Assembly: GCA_003971905.1 (NCBI GenBank)
Contig: RSEE01000066.1
Location: 310,001-374,000, forward strand
Direction: 5' to 3'
DNA from: Moniliella sp. 'wahieum'
Taxonomy: Eukaryota
Length of the DNA: 64,000 bases
Shown: piece after piece, positions 23,444 through 37,386 of the stretch
Numbering within the stretch: position 1 is the stretch's first letter
Layout of the letters: the number at the start of each line of letters is the position of its first letter
Position numbers and translations under genes: made by a program
The notes under the pieces: generated by a model
Told to the model about the DNA's origin: nothing
What the model saw: only the letters and a program-made list of their open reading frames with translations
Databases searched by the model: none

Positions 23444-25697
23444 TCATCCTTCCCATCCTTCCACGTTCAACTGGTCTGAGCGACGAGGGCGGCCGTTGTG
23501 TACATTGTCTGGGGAGAGGAAGTGCATGTGGATCATCAGCTCGTGGCAACTATTCGTCAGACTACCCAGCGTGCGCGCAGCGTGTCCGGAGAGAAACTGT
23601 AATCGGGCGAGAGGGTCTTGATGACGGTAGAGATACCCGCAATGTGCCGCACCAGTCGATTTGCCTCTTCCCACAGCTGATCCCCCGGAGCATCCTCCGG
23701 GGTGTGACGGGCCCTCATACTGCATTCTTGCCACGTCGAACGCAACAGACCAGTCAAGCGATCACACTCTGTTGCCTTGGATCGGAACGATGCGAGAAGC
23801 ATCCCCACCCGAGCGTCCCGTAACCCACCGGCAGGTGTGCTGGATCGCGGCGACCGACCAGGGCTCGTCCCTCGGCTCGGCGGCTCGCTGTCCGGCGGAG
23901 CGAGAGCAGGTCGTACGTGGACCTCCTTGACCCTAAAATGCTGGATGTCCTCGTCCAACGCCGGGCCTAGCAGGTTGGCCCACGTTGTAGCCGAGGTCAT
24001 GGTGACCTTGTCCACCAAATTGAGCAGGTGACTATCCAGATCTTCTGCCGCCTCGACAGGGTCCGAACCCCATAGGGACCTCAGGGGTCGTCATCGACCC
24101 CCCCGGCGGAGGAGAGGATCGAACTTCCTTTAAGTCGGATGGCTCAGCGCTGGGTAGACTCCTGATGGACCCCATGCGGGCACCACCCTTTTTTTGTATA
24201 CCAACTGATCCGTCCTACTCCGCACAAATCCGCTCCTCTTCCGCGCCGTGAGGAGGCAAGAAGGCCTTCCAGACTTTCCCTAGATGGTCCCGAGTCGAGC
24301 CATTCCGTCGAAGAATTCCTTACGCATTGCGAATGATACGGCCCCATGGTTGGCCTTCGGACCAGTATCGGGGCCGGTGGACTCGGGGGGTCACTCGATC
24401 CTCCACTTTGCCGAGAGCGCGGGAAATGGGCGAAGAAGAACATACGATGGACTGTTCGCTGATTGTGGTCAGAGTATTGTCCAGCTTGTCGGCCCGCAAG
24501 GGCGCCTGGGATGAATGCGCCTGCAAGTGGTCCTGGGATGGATCAGCTCGCGGTATCCATGTCTGGCTTGATTGCAACCCAGGAATTGCTCAATTCAACG
24601 CAGCTGCCATATAGCATCATGAGGAACGACCGAGTCAGGCGCACATCGGCCGTTAGCTGAAGTGGCTTGAGCTGCAACTGCAGTACCGAAGATACCGACT
24701 GGGGGCGGCGTGTAGAAGCGCTCGCCGCCGACTTCATTATCGATTGATCGGGATGAGGCATGATCCATATCAAGGGATCTCCCCTTGTAAGGGAATGGTG
24801 CCGACGCGCTCTCGGCAAGAGATGAAACCGGACTCGAGACGCTACCTTGGCACGTCATGGCGCCTGCAGTGACAAATGGCCAATTGCGCATCGGATACCT
24901 CCCTGTGGGCAATGGAGGAGGTGAGGATCGTGGTGATGCGGAGCGGGATGTATTGCGTGGGAGAGAAGACGTATCACGGTCGGCTGTGAGCGACAAAAAG
25001 CGGGTGTGAGTCGGGGGGCAAAGAAGAGAGACCGAACTGTGGAGACGTACAATGTTGGTGCTGGTCGATCCAAAGCTGCAGCTGGCGGAGCCAGGGTACC
25101 ATGGCCTGCTCCTCCTTGCATTGCTTGTCTTCGGTGCGCTTGCGTATGAGCAGGGCGCGCTGACGTTCGCCCATGACATCTGCGTTTGGTGGAAGGGGAG
25201 GCTCGACTGACGCTGGAGCGGCGGGCAAGATGGAAATGGCCGGTGGGGGCCAAACGAGCGGGTTCTTTTCAATGCGTAGAATGCGCAGGTAGGACATGCG
25301 AGTGATGTAGGGAGGCAGGCGTTTCAGACGGTTGTTCGAAATGGAGAGAACGCGCAGTTTGAGAAGCGAGCCAGGCCGGATGTGCATGGCTCTGATACGG
25401 TTCCGGCCAATATCAAGGATTTCGAGGGCAGGGAGTTCGGTAATGACGGAGAGGAAGACAGTAAGGGCGTTTGCGCGAATGCTGAGGTAGCGCAGACGGT
25501 CCAAGTCAGCAAAGCGGGCAGGGAGGGAGGTTGTAGCCGAGAGCGAGGCGGAGCACGTGTGGCCGCATCTGTTGGATGAGCTTGGGCGAGACGTGGCTGA
25601 GCTTGCGGCTGCAGAGATCGATCGTGTCTGTCGCACCTTCCGGCAAGACATCCTCCACGCCGCCGGAGGGATGCCTGGCCGGCACAGCGCCCGACAT
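23444..25697 (-). CDS. SOG2: Leucine-rich-repeat RAM-network protein Sog2-like
   Basis: N-terminal LRRs (VLRLALGYN, LEILDIGRNRI, LRVLSISNNRLKRLPPYI, LRIEKNPLVWPP) and C-terminal LWEEANRLVR...LGSLTNSCHELMIHMH resembling the Sog2 tail; intron 24984..25050; frameshifts. Confidence 0.75.
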
Positions 25698-26522
25698 GGC
25701 GAGCACAGGGACGGAACTGGAGGTGGCGAGGGGGCGGCGTTTGCGGCTACTAGGTTACTTGGCCGCTTGGCTTGGCCCCACAGGGAGCAGCGATTACGTA
25801 ATAGCAGCGTTGCATTCGCAATGGCTGCAGTGTGGCCGCGTCGTCTGGATTAGTATATTACACACGACCAACTTTTGTCCAAGCGTGACAGCTGGTGGGC
25901 GCTACCTGTTTACCTGTTCCTCTCTGTAGCCGACCTAAGCGGAACATTTCTATGGGTTCACACGCCTGGCGGCCAACATCTCCGCGTGCTGGAGCACTCC
26001 TTACGCAGCCTCATAAGAGGATGAGAAGGACAAACAAGGGACCGTCTAGCAGGTTGGTGCAGTCACTCCCCTCTTCGGCCTCGTGGACAGCACCACGGAG
26101 CGTGGAACGGGGGACAACTCCCATATTCTTCAACAAGCGGTTGCTGCTGGTTTCACGGCTTCCGAGAGCAGTAGCGGTACCGCAATTTGTGCTGGATTTC
26201 GTGCTAGCCTACACGATTCACTGGACGCATTCCTCCCCATTCGGGTTACGGCTACTGCAGCCGTTCCTCCAAGCTTTGTTCGCCTCATGGTTCGTTGGAG
26301 GCTGGCTAAGCCTACTACTCAAGTAAGGGAAGCGACAATCGGGGTAAAACGGCAGTAGCAACGACCAAATAGCGCACACCCACACCCACCCTCACGCGCA
26401 CAGCTACCGCCTTTCGGTTATCTCATGGTGACATGCGATGTATGATACAAAGAGTTTTCTTTGTTCGCCCCACCCCTGTGCACTCGTCTGAAAAGCCCTC
26501 TGGTTCAAAACGGCAACTCTTT

Positions 26523-27111
26523 TTAGACGGCGCGCGAACGGAACTCCTTAACTGTGGAAATCAGATGGTATCAGCGCTCAGCAGAGAAAGAGAGAAAATG
26601 AATGGTGGGACACACTTTTGTAGACAAAGTTGACCAAGATGGCAATGAAGATGGCAGCGCAAATGAGTGGGGGTCCGACCAAATCGTGAAGGGGTCCAGG
26701 GTACTTGCGTTTGATGAGCGAGACGCGGCGATGGTAGTTGGCCAGCCCCCACAGCAGCGTCGAGACCGCGATGAGCACATAGATCGAACCAAATGCGCGG
26801 ATAAAGGTGGAGTCGACTGGCTGGTAGGGGGAGGGGACGGGCTCCACACCAGGCTCCGAGGGGAGCGAGTCGTCTGGAGCATGCTCAAAGAACGAGGCCG
26901 AGTTGAGCATGGCAAGCGCAAACGAGCCGATCAGAAGGGATGCCCGGAGCCAAGCAATCCACGTCCGCTCGTTGGCGAACCACACCTTGGCCTCAATCTT
27001 GGCTGGGCTAGACTGTGGCTTCTTGACAGGACGACGGCGAGGGGCAGTGGCGCCGTACGAGCTGCTCTCTCCGTTTTGCACCAGGGGCACGCGCTCCGAG
27101 GTAGAAGCCAT
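26523..27111 (-). CDS. VTC1: Vacuolar transporter chaperone Vtc1-like (DUF202, 3 TM)
   Basis: KIEAKVWFANERTWIAWL motif, three hydrophobic helices, DLVGPPLIC; intron 26552..26615 restores the end ...YKIKEFRSRAV*. Confidence 0.82.
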
Positions 27112-27451
27112 GGCTGTTGGCTAACAGCGGAGGGGGGGGGGATCTAGGGAAGGCAGAAGATGGCGCGGGTGGCGGCCGATCCAGAGATGAGGAGATCGGC
27201 GAGCACTCAGCAGCACGATGGTCGGTGCGCCATGCATGGCTTGGCCGATGGTCACTAGTCACTAGCCAGTGGAGCAGGGAGGCGCGGGCGATGAAAGTTT
27301 CTGCGCTGGCCCTGTGCGTCGGGCGGCTGCGCCTAATGGGCGGGTTTTGAAACGGAGCATTTCCGGCTGGCAGCAGAACAGTGGCGTGAGATTCTGCAAT
27401 GCACAGCCAGCGATTGGCCAGTGCGCGGCGTCCCAGCGGCCAACCAGCTCG

Positions 27452-27518
27452 CACCTCCATTTCCATTTCCACCTCCACCTCCACCTCCACCTCCATCTCC
27501 ACCTCCACCTCCACCTCC
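27452..27518. repeat. (CCACCT)n hexamer microsatellite upstream of IWR1
   Basis: About 11 near-perfect units read directly. Confidence 0.9.
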
Positions 27519-27626
27519 GCCCCCCCGCCTTGCCATCCGCCGCTGCCTTCTTGCGTCGGGCCTTCTGCCTTCGCTCCTGCCCGGGTCCTGCTGCTTCCCT
27601 CCACCGCAACCCCACCTGCTTCCGCC

Positions 27627-29404
27627 ATGTCGTCGCCCCGTCCGGCACCAATGATTCTGCGCATCAAGCGCAAGCGCGGCACCGATGTCCCCGTCGATGC
27701 CCTCTTCCTCCAGCAAGCACTCGCTCACTCTGGGCAGGCTACCCCCCTCTCTGCCACCACCTCCCTCGGTCCCTCGCGCGCTAACTCCGTCTCGCCTTCC
27801 CCCTCGTCCTCGCCGACTGCCACCCCACCCGCCTCCACCAGTGCCCAATCCTCGCCCTCGCCCAACCTAGTCCGCATTGTCCAAGCTCGCGCCGACGCTC
27901 AGGCATTGCGTCGCGTGACCAAACGTCGCTCCTCCGCCCGTCTCCCCTGTCCCCTTCGACCCATGCTCCCACGTCTGCCGATACGGACGCGAGTGTCCAA
28001 GCTCAGCAGGCGGCTGAGTTGGAACAGACGGCTCAGGATCACTTTCTTGGCAACTCATCCCCGCCCGCCTCGGCGTCGCAGGGTGCATCCACCACGGGCA
28101 CCCCCTCTCCCGAACGCACCCAGCCCATGGCCAGTGTGTTCCGCTTTGCCGAGACCATGTCGGCGGCCCCGCGTTCGCGTGCGGCCGACTACGAGATGCG
28201 CAAACGCGTAACCAATCTCCAGCTCTTCGTCGTATGGAGCGGGAGCGCGAAGCCGCGCTGCCCACCCCTGCTGTCGGTACAGCCCGGGTGGAAGTGACCC
28301 GCCGACACCAAGACTGGAGCAAACTGCCGCTTCGCCTGGGCCGGCCGCATCGCGCACCATTGTGCCCGGTGCCGCCATGGCCCGCAACCGGGTCCAAGAA
28401 CGCCTTGCCTCCACACTGGGTCCTGGGGTACATCGCGTTCAGTCCGGGTACATCGAGGATCATCGATATTGTCGTCTCGGAGCCGCGCGACAAACGGCGG
28501 ACGCGGCGCCAAACGCCGGCCCAAGCACAAGCACAGTCCAAACGGGCGCAGTCGACGACCCAAGATGAGGTGGACTCGCTCGGCGATGTGTTTAAGCAGA
28601 TGCTGATTGAGCACTTGAAAAGTGAGTTTTACCTCGTGCCATTGGCGCCCTCCTGAGCCGACCGAGGAAGCTGACTTCACTTTCTGTTCAGCCAAAAATG
28701 AGACGATCCCCAGGACCTGGTGGAGGACGAGGAGCCGCCACAACAGGCACAGACACAGGAAGTGGCCATGCCTGAGGCCGAAGACGAGTCGGAGGCCGAA
28801 ACCAACTCTTCTGATTCGGATGAAGGGGAATATGTCTACGACATTTACTACAGTGACGACACCCCTTCCCGTCTGGCCGCAGCGCCGGACGGTGCTAGCC
28901 AAGCGGGGTTGCTGCCGGGCGCTGTGGCCGGTCGGGATCTGGCTGAGTATGGGGACGGGATTCAATCGGTTGCCGCACTACAGGTGCCGAACCTAACTGA
29001 AGAGGACTGGGCGGTGCTGATGGAGCCGGCACGATACGAAAGGGAGCGTGCGCGCGCACACCAGGACATGGACGATGAAGAGTGGTGGTCATCGGATGAA
29101 GATGCGTATGTGGATGAGGAGTATGTCTTCTCCCGCCCTGGCGCGACCGAGGGGGAGTTTGGGTTTGCTGCGCCTGCCACTGGTGCGCCGGAGGAAGAGG
29201 TGACGATCGGCCCGGCGAGCAGCGGGTGCGCTTGCCCCGGACCCAGCGCAACGCCCCGAGTTTGAGGAGTGGGATCAAGGCGCGGATGAAGATTCGAACG
29301 AGGAGGATTTCTACCGCAACGAGTATCCCGAGCACGAGTTGGACGAGCCGGGTGACTCGTCCGACGGTGCGGGGGTTTCTTCCGATAGCGACTTCGGGTA
29401 CTAA
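27627..29404 (+). CDS. IWR1: RNA polymerase II nuclear import factor Iwr1-like
   Basis: N-terminal ILRIKRKR..PVDAL, central EYVYDIYY and C-terminal DEDSNEEDFYRNEYPE, the three Iwr1 signatures; intron 28622..28691; frameshifts. Confidence 0.85.
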
Positions 29405-29674
29405 AAGGTGCTGAGGTAGCCAAGACCTGGGCCTGCACCGCACAGGTCATGCACCGTACACGATCAGTTTTAACTACCAAAAAAAATGAATGCTGCTTGA
29501 CTCCTATGGATTAGGTCAACTACCAAACAGAACCGGCTGGGGTACAGGAGTATGCAATGAATCGCCCCAACGACAAGACATACCAGTCGCTCCGGCAGCA
29601 ACCGCAGCATAGCGGCTCGTCCCCTGCGGGGAGGGGGATTAAGCACGTTGCTGCTTGGCAGTCCAGACGCCCAC

Positions 29675-30307
29675 TTAGACCTTGAAGCCACGCGACTTGC
29701 GACGGCCACGGGCCATCTCGCGCTTGCGCGACTTGCCGTTGCCACGGACGTAGGGCTTGGCGTTGGAGTGAGGGCCCATGCCAAAGTGCTTGACCGCCTC
29801 CCGGGCGTTCTTCGGGCCGCGGATCAGCACCACATTCTTGCCCGTCGGGGCGCGCAGAGCAAGCTGGTCAAACGTCAGCGCCTCGCCGCCCGCTGCGAGG
29901 ATACGAGCGCGTGCCGTCTTGGTGAACCGCAGGGCGGCCACCGACACACGGGGGACCTCCAACAGACGGTTGTCGTCCGTGATGGTGCCCACCACCGCCA
30001 CCGTCTTGGCGTCCGCGCCAGTCGTGCCAGCGTTGCGCGTCAGGTAAATCAGACGCGAGAGCGAGACAGGAGGACGGTTGACCTTGCTCATATACAGGCG
30101 CTTGAGGATGGCCTTGTTGAACTTGCTCCCCGAGCGGCGGGCAAGGTAGCGGTAGAGCTTGACCAAGAGCAGGAGGTAGGGGTCCTCCGACTTGGGCGCC
30201 GTACGGTTGCCCTTCTTGACGTTTCTTGGCAATGTCCACACCCTACACACACACAGGAGTTAGTCGACCGGCGTCGCATCGCGCAGACAAAGGGCTGTGC
30301 TCACCAT
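29675..30307 (-). CDS. RPL18: 60S ribosomal protein eL18 (L18)
   Basis: [62 protein letters not shown]-only first coding exon, intron 30243..30304 with GACTAAC branch. Confidence 0.97.
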
Positions 30308-30616
30308 CTTGTTGGCCCTGGTGGTTGCTGTTCCCTGCGTCCCACTCGGCCTGAGAGGGAGGACTGGGGCGGCGGCGAAGACCTGCGACGAGGAGGAAGC
30401 AGCAGGGTTGCCCGCCGGCTGCGGCGCACACGGGGGTGGTGCCTTCCCATGCAAACCCATTGGGGCGGAATTAATTGAGTAGGGTTGTGCCAGCACGCGT
30501 CGGGTGGGTGCGTGCGCGGCAGTAGGGTTGGACGTGGAGGCGCCCTCCGCCCTCGAGGGCGGTGGGCGCCCGCGCTATCTCAGCTCCTGGCAACCGATCG
30601 ATAAGCGCCAAGCACG

Positions 30617-31638
30617 ATGGACGTCGACGAAGATATGCGTGGCCGCAGCCTCACCCGTCCCCGAGCCCGGTGCCCCGCTCCCCTCTGCTCGCAGCGATGC
30701 TGACCGCGCCGAGCGCCGTCGCAGCCCCAGCCGCAGCCGCAGCCGTAGCCGCAGTCCGGTCGCGCGCGACGCGCGCCGCTCCCGGAGCCCGCGCGCGCTA
30801 CCGCGACGACTCGCCCGCGCCGGTACGGGGGCGGCCGGTATGACGACGACCGCTACGGTGGTGGCCGCGGCAGAGATCGCTACGGCGGCGATCGGTACGG
30901 TGGGCGGGACCGGTGGGGATGACCGGTACGGACGGCAGTCGGTGGGCGGTGGCGGTGGACGTCGCGACCGGCGCGGGGAAGAAGGCTCGCGCGGCCAAGC
31001 CCTGCCAAGCCTCGATCGGCTCCTCAGGATGTCGAGCCGAACGAGGTGGTGGGGGTGTTTGGGCTGAGCCTGATGACAACGGAGCGGGAGCTGCGGGACA
31101 AGTTTGAGTCGATTGCGCCGGTGGCCAAGGTGGCGCTGGTATTTGATGCACGCTCGGGCCGTTCGCGTGGATTTGCCTTCATCACGATGGAGTCGGTTGA
31201 GGGCGCGACCAAGGTGGTGGAAGAGCTGAAACGGGTACACCATGAATGGGCGCGCGATGCGCGTCGACTACAGCCCACGCAAGCCCCACGAGCCTACCCC
31301 CGGTGAATACCGTGGCATCACGCGCGATGCCCGCCGGGCGGATGGAACTACCGTGGCCCTATCGCTTCGCGTGGCGGTCGTCGTCCCACTGGCCCTCCTC
31401 CCTCTGGTGGGCAGGGCTACTATTCTCAAGCTCGTTCCTGGGGTGCAGGGCGCGATGACTGGCGTTCGGACCGTCGCTCGAACGGCGGCCGCGACGGCCG
31501 GGCGCGGGAGGACGATTATGGCCGTCGCCCTTCTCCCCCTCCGCGTCGGTACTCGCGGTCCCCCTCGCCCCGCCGCTCGCCCCCGCCGCGTGGCGAATCG
31601 CGCGTCGTTACCGCAGCCCGAGCTACGAACGTGTGTGA
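30617..31638 (+). CDS. Transformer-2-like SR splicing factor (RS-RRM-RS)
   Basis: RSPSRSRSRSRSP; RRM VVGVFGLSLMTTERELR..RSRGFAFI..NGRAMRVDYS followed by the Tra2 linker PHEPTPGEYRG; frameshifts. Confidence 0.85.
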
Positions 31639-32580
31639 TATGTCTCTGCTAGGTTGGTAGCAACCAACTTGATGTGTTCCTCCCTTCCCCTGTTTCCTTT
31701 TCCTTCTCAGTCCTCGGTGGTGGTGGTAGAGGCGTTAAAGCACGCACGAACACCGAATACTCTCTGGGGTGATTGCGCGTGGATCGGGAGTCAAGATTTT
31801 TTCCCCAATGTTCTCCTTTCTGTTTGTCCTCTATGCCTGTACGATCGTCGAAAACGATTTTAACCGGCGTCAAGATTTTTTCGTCAAGCATAAAAGGGTT
31901 GCGGCAAGGCCCAGGAGGTGCGCCAAGTCCAGTCGTTTTTAGTCACACAAGATATGGTCCATGACGGCAAGGGGGAATGGGAACGGGAAGAAAGGGGGGT
32001 CTGCGTTGCACCAGCAAGATGTGTCTTTTCGGCAGCTTCAACGGGGACGGCGCAAGACAGGCAAGACAGTCAAGACCACAAGAGAGTCGGGACAGTCGGA
32101 TATTGAGCGGGGCCGGCGGCAAGGGAGGCAAGATAGTGCGGGTCGGGCGGCAAAGGAAGTCAAGATAGAGCGGGCTGGGCAAGAGAGGAGAGGGGACAGG
32201 CCTTGAAGCAGTTCGGTGTTACGCTAAGTGGCTTGGTTGGGCGCAAGAAGACGAAGGTCACACGCGTGCCTGGCTGAACGGGGTGGTGGATGGTCGATGG
32301 CTGCGGGTCGGATGGTGGAGGCTATGTGGGCTGGGATACTAACGCGTGACGGCCGGACGGGTGGGGGTGGGGGTTTGCACAGGTTATGCATCATCAATGC
32401 ATCATGAGGCGGAGGCGCACAGGCGGGTGTGTTGGGTGCACGAGGTACACCACGTCATCCGCTGCTGTGGGAATCGAGATGGAAACGCGCCATCTGATCA
32501 TTAATTCATTGGTTGTCGCAAGGGCAAAGACAGGACGGAGCGAGAATGGCAGCGAGCAATCGCATCCGAGGAGACCTCGG

Positions 32581-35382
32581 ATGTTCAGATCTCAGGGGTG
32601 TCATATATCTCAGAAAGTCAGAGCGGCGGCAGAACCCAGGAGGATATGCAGTAGGGTGTCGCACTGTCGCACTGGGCCAGTATTACCCCGCCCGCCGGTT
32701 GGGCAGTCTGCGACAGCCAGCGCCTCCACGCAGCTGGTGCAGTGCGGTGCAGTGCAGTGCGTAGCACTGGCGACGGCAACGTACTACCACACCACCCTCA
32801 TCACCCACACCATCTACCACTCGACTTCCCCCTCCGCCTCCGCGTCCACCCCACCCCCACATCCACATCTACATCCAACTCCCCCCCATCCTCCCTCCCC
32901 AGCGGTAGTCCCAATGCGTCCGCCTCCTCCACAACCGCTGCGTTAGTCTCCACCCTTTCTGGTCCCATCACCTCTACCCTTTCATCCACTCCCACGACGC
33001 CTTCGTCCCTCGTCTCCGCTTCCTCGTCGGCCGTGCCACATCCCAGCTCTACCATCGATTCTAGCATAGGACTGTCAAGCTCTGGCGGGGAGCTAACAAG
33101 CACTGCCCTCAGTTCATCCTTTGATCTCTGTCCCCCTCGACACAGCCCACCAGTACAGACACGGGCTCCAGCTTCCCCTCACTATCATCCCAATTCACCT
33201 CCAGTCCGACCGGCTCCTCCGAAGCCACCACCTCCGCAACGGGCTTCACCTCGTCCCCCCTGTCGAGTTCGTATGTGGGCCCATCACGCTCCCAGTCCAC
33301 GACGGACCCCAATACGTCCACTGTGCAACACTCTTCTTCTGTACCCACCAACCCCTCCGTTACACATTCCAGCACATTCCCATCCTCGTCCAACCAGCAA
33401 ACGCCGACCGCGTTACCGACCAGTTCAGATCAACCGAGCACCTCAGCCCAAAGTAGCTCCCCGCAGGCGACCAGCTCCCCGCAGCCCACCTCCCAAAGAC
33501 CCATTACGTCTGGGCCCCAAACCCCCTCGCATACACAAATTGCTTCTTCCCAGCAGCCCACCACGTCCCATGAACCCACTACGTCGCATCCGCATACCTC
33601 CTCGTACCCACACAGTACATCCCAACAGCCCACCACGTCTCAACAGCCCCCGACATCGCCTCGCCCTACTAACATCAACAGTGATGGGAGTGGCAGCGGG
33701 AATGAAAGTGGTGTTAATGGGTACACTTCAACCCACACGGGTGGGAACAACAGCGGCAGCACTAGTTCGGTTAATGAGGGGTCTCCCCTCGAGCGTGGGA
33801 GCTGGCGGAGGAGGCCATGGGAGCAGTTCTGGCTCCTTACCGGAGCGGAGAGTTGCAGGCAGGCCTTATGTCACGTCCAGACCTACGGCCATTGTCGTCC
33901 CACCAACCCTGCAGAGGCGTGATGGGAGCGGGCAGGAAGGGTAGGATATCCAGGTAGAGACCAGTCTTATTCCTGTGACTACGTTGTATTCGACCCCGCC
34001 ATGTGAGGCGGCCACGGTGACCAAGACGGCAACTGCGGCGGTGCCAACGGATACGAGCATCATCACCCTTACTTCGGCCGTTGTCGTTCCCGGAACAACC
34101 ATACCAGGCTTGACGACTCGGTCCCCCATGACGCAAACGTTAATCTCAACGGCAGTGGTGGTCGACGGAGAAGAACCGCAAGGTGGCTTGGCCAATGGGG
34201 GTAACCATGCGAGCAGCATCCAAAATAAACCCTCCAACGCAGGTGCAATTGCTGGAGGCACCGTGGGCGGCATCGCAGGTGCTGTGCTGATCCTCTTGCT
34301 TCTGCTGCTGTACCGGCGCAAACGTTCGCGCAATCGCATTGTTGACGTCAATGCGGCGGCACTGGCCACGGCTGGCGATACAGGGGTCACAGCTGGTGTC
34401 CAGGGGGAAGAGCCCCAAGAACACTCGGGTCGGCTAGCAAGTGTCAGGTCCGCCTTGGGCCTCTCTTCGTCTCAGGCCCGCTTGGATCGCCTCTTCACTC
34501 CGGCTGGCTTGAACGAATCGGCTCACGGGCACCATCAAGCAACATGCCTACCTCTGACGAAATCCATCCAGCTTTCGCCGCTGGCGCAGCAGCTGTGCTG
34601 GCGCACCGCATGCCCAACCATCCTTACCAGCCGGGGCACTACTCGCCCCCAGAGTCAGCTGGGGTCGAGGCGCGCGGGTACGACCCGGCGATGCTAGCAG
34701 TGAACCCTTCCACCAGCGACGTTCGGTCTCCTGTTTCGGGGTTGGGGCCCTCTCCGTTTGATGATCCTCGTTCCGATACACTACACTCGGCGACGGCAGA
34801 GATACCGCCTTCTGCATCGAGTGCCGTTTATTACCCCCACCCTTCCACCTCGTCCCCGTTGTGGCCTGCCTCAATGGATGGGCTGTTCGGCATGGGCGAT
34901 GGGCTGCAGACGTTGGCTGAGGGACCCCGTAAGGCAGCTGGGGCCCAGGCCGGCGCTGGATCGGCACAGGAGACGGGAGGCGCGGCAGTGCATGTGCGTG
35001 AGGCTCCAGGGTTGCACCAAGGCCAGGTCCGTACGGTGGCCGCCCCGTTCCAACCGTCGTATTGTCCTCCGGTCGCGTTGTTCCCGGTCGTCAGTCGTTA
35101 TCGGCTAGCATCTCTGACATCCACGGTAGCTCCTCTTATTCGCATGTTGGCCAGGTGTCCTGGAGTTCGCCCCCCTTGGTCGGCGCTAGCGGAGACGCGC
35201 ACAACCCTTTTGCCGACCCGGGTGCCAAGGCAGCACAGATGCACCAACCAGACGAGTTCGAGGGAGGCAAGAGAACGGCGCAGACTGCTCCCCCGCCCTT
35301 TCGCTGCTGTTCCATCCTCCTCCCCCGAAGAGAGAACGTCCGATCACCTTTCATTCTCGTACGAATATTTGGTTACGGATGA
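32581..35382 (+). CDS. Ser/Thr-rich mucin-like single-pass membrane protein (Mid2/Msb2-like topology)
   Basis: Long S/T/P tract with SQQPTTS repeats; TM NAGAIAGGTVGGIAGAVLILLLLLLY followed by RRKR; cytoplasmic SPFDDP and NPFADP motifs; start uncertain, many frameshifts. Confidence 0.65.
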
Positions 35383-37386
35383 GGTACACGACACTTAGTT
35401 CCCTACATTCCTCTCCTTCCTTCTCCTCGCCCACCCCGTCCCCTTTCTTACGGCGCATTAGGTACGGTATGGCGGGCGGGACGGACGCGTTGTTTCGACA
35501 TCCTTTCTTTGTTTTTCTGACGACCATACTCACGCTCATAGCTTCGTCAAGTCTTTTGCTGTACGACACGTATATATGCCATTTCGTTGCACTGCCTATA
35601 ACCTCTCCCTGTTTGTTGAGGTACACACACACCCTCCTTTAGTATAATACTGTGTGTGCTCTAACAGTAGTAAGATAGAGCCCAGGCAGGATGGATATCG
35701 ATAGAGGGCCGCTTGCTAATTACCATGATCCTCGCCGCTTCAAGAGGGGAGCGAAGTGTACCCTACGCTTCGCTCTCTGCACCTTGATGGCACTGAGGAT
35801 CATGGCGCCGCAAACCTGGAGGGGCACGGCTGCAGCCCAGCGCCAGTGGAGGAAGCTGCCTTGCCCCCCCGTCCCAGATGCTCCTGCGCTGGTACAGCTG
35901 CCTTCGATGTTGTCCCTATTCTTCCTCATGCGTCCATCTGTCCACAGCCCCTGCAAGGCACACCCATGGAAGATGGAGAGTATCCTCCTCTGTCATGCAT
36001 GGCAGAGCCACCGGCCACCCCAGGTGTGCCGTGCCAGGCCAGTTCGCCCATTAGGCCAAAATGACGTCCCACCGAGCTTGGTCGCATCGTTTACCTCACA
36101 CTCTGCGCGCGCGAAGCAAGCAGTGCCTCTGAGGGAGACTGCTTACGTGCCCGGAAGCCGGCAGTATCCGTTAATTAACGTTTCATCCCCCGCCGCTCCC
36201 GCAGTCGACAGGCGTCGCAATTTCACTGCCGCCCGCGTCCCTGCAGCACAGCGGCAGTAGTGCAGTGCAGGTGTGCTGCGGCGAATGCGCCCAACGCAAC
36301 CCTACATCTGCCGCCGCCCCGGCCAGGTCTATTTAGCCCGCTGCGCTAGCTCTCCTCTCCTATTTTCCCCACCAGCGTTCTCAGTCCGGTCAACCCACAA
36401 GTACGTCGCCGTCTTGCCCACGCTTGCCGTGGTTCCTATCCCTGGCCCTCCCATCCATCCTATTGCCCTCTGGCACAGAATACTGACCCTGGTCGCTTGC
36501 GCGTCGCGCAGTGAGAGCGAAGTGGAGGAAGAAACGCATGCGCCGTCTGCGCCGCAAACGCAGAAAGATGCGTGCCCGCTCCAAGTAAGCGGCTCGCTAC
36601 TTTTGCTGCCTGGCTCGATGCACCTCGGGTTGCTCGCCACGCGCTCCTTGTCAAACAGAAAAAAAAAGAAATCCTGCGACGGGGCCTGCTGCCCCTTCAC
36701 AGTGCCCCCTGCCCTTTCTGCCTGGACCAGCGGCGAATCGATTGTTGGTTGGCTGCCGCATGGAAGGTGGTTAATGTAGCATCTACCTTTTCCACGTATC
36801 TCGTGGGCCCTTGGCCTGGGTACCTTGCCTGCGACGCTGTAGGCCTGCAATAGTCTCTTCATCTAGCTCGGGCTTAGCCTGTCGAGACGCTTCTACGTTG
36901 TGAGGTTGAGGACGTTGAGGGTTTCCCCTGTTGGAATCCGGGTGGAGGTGCAGGGGAATCGGGTCGGGAGAACGTATGTTCCTTCCGTGGTAATATAATG
37001 CCGCGGTGGGGAGAGCGGCATGAATAGTATAGGTGTGCGCTAGGAATGTGCGTGTCCACCATGCATTCATCACCATCGCTCCCCCGACATGCGTGGCTGC
37101 CACTTTTTCACACTGGATACCAGGCTAGCCACACCTCTTTCCACACTCTTTCTAGACTCGAATGGAACGGATCTTTTTGGGTAGCTGATTGCGCGCACAT
37201 TATTGCAGATGCGCTTCTATAGACACCTTGTCGTTTCACCTGGCATCCATTGGAGAGCGGAGGGTTGCTAGTATCCATACAGCTGCAGCATATATATGTA
37301 GAAACAGATGAGGGAGCACATCGCCAAGGAAAGTTCCGATACAAGCAGTCCATTAACAAAAACAAAGTACGGTGCGATTCCCAAAA

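Noticed and set aside
25895..26358. Hydrophobic short ORFs between SOG2 and VTC1
   Set aside because: No recognisable family or splice support
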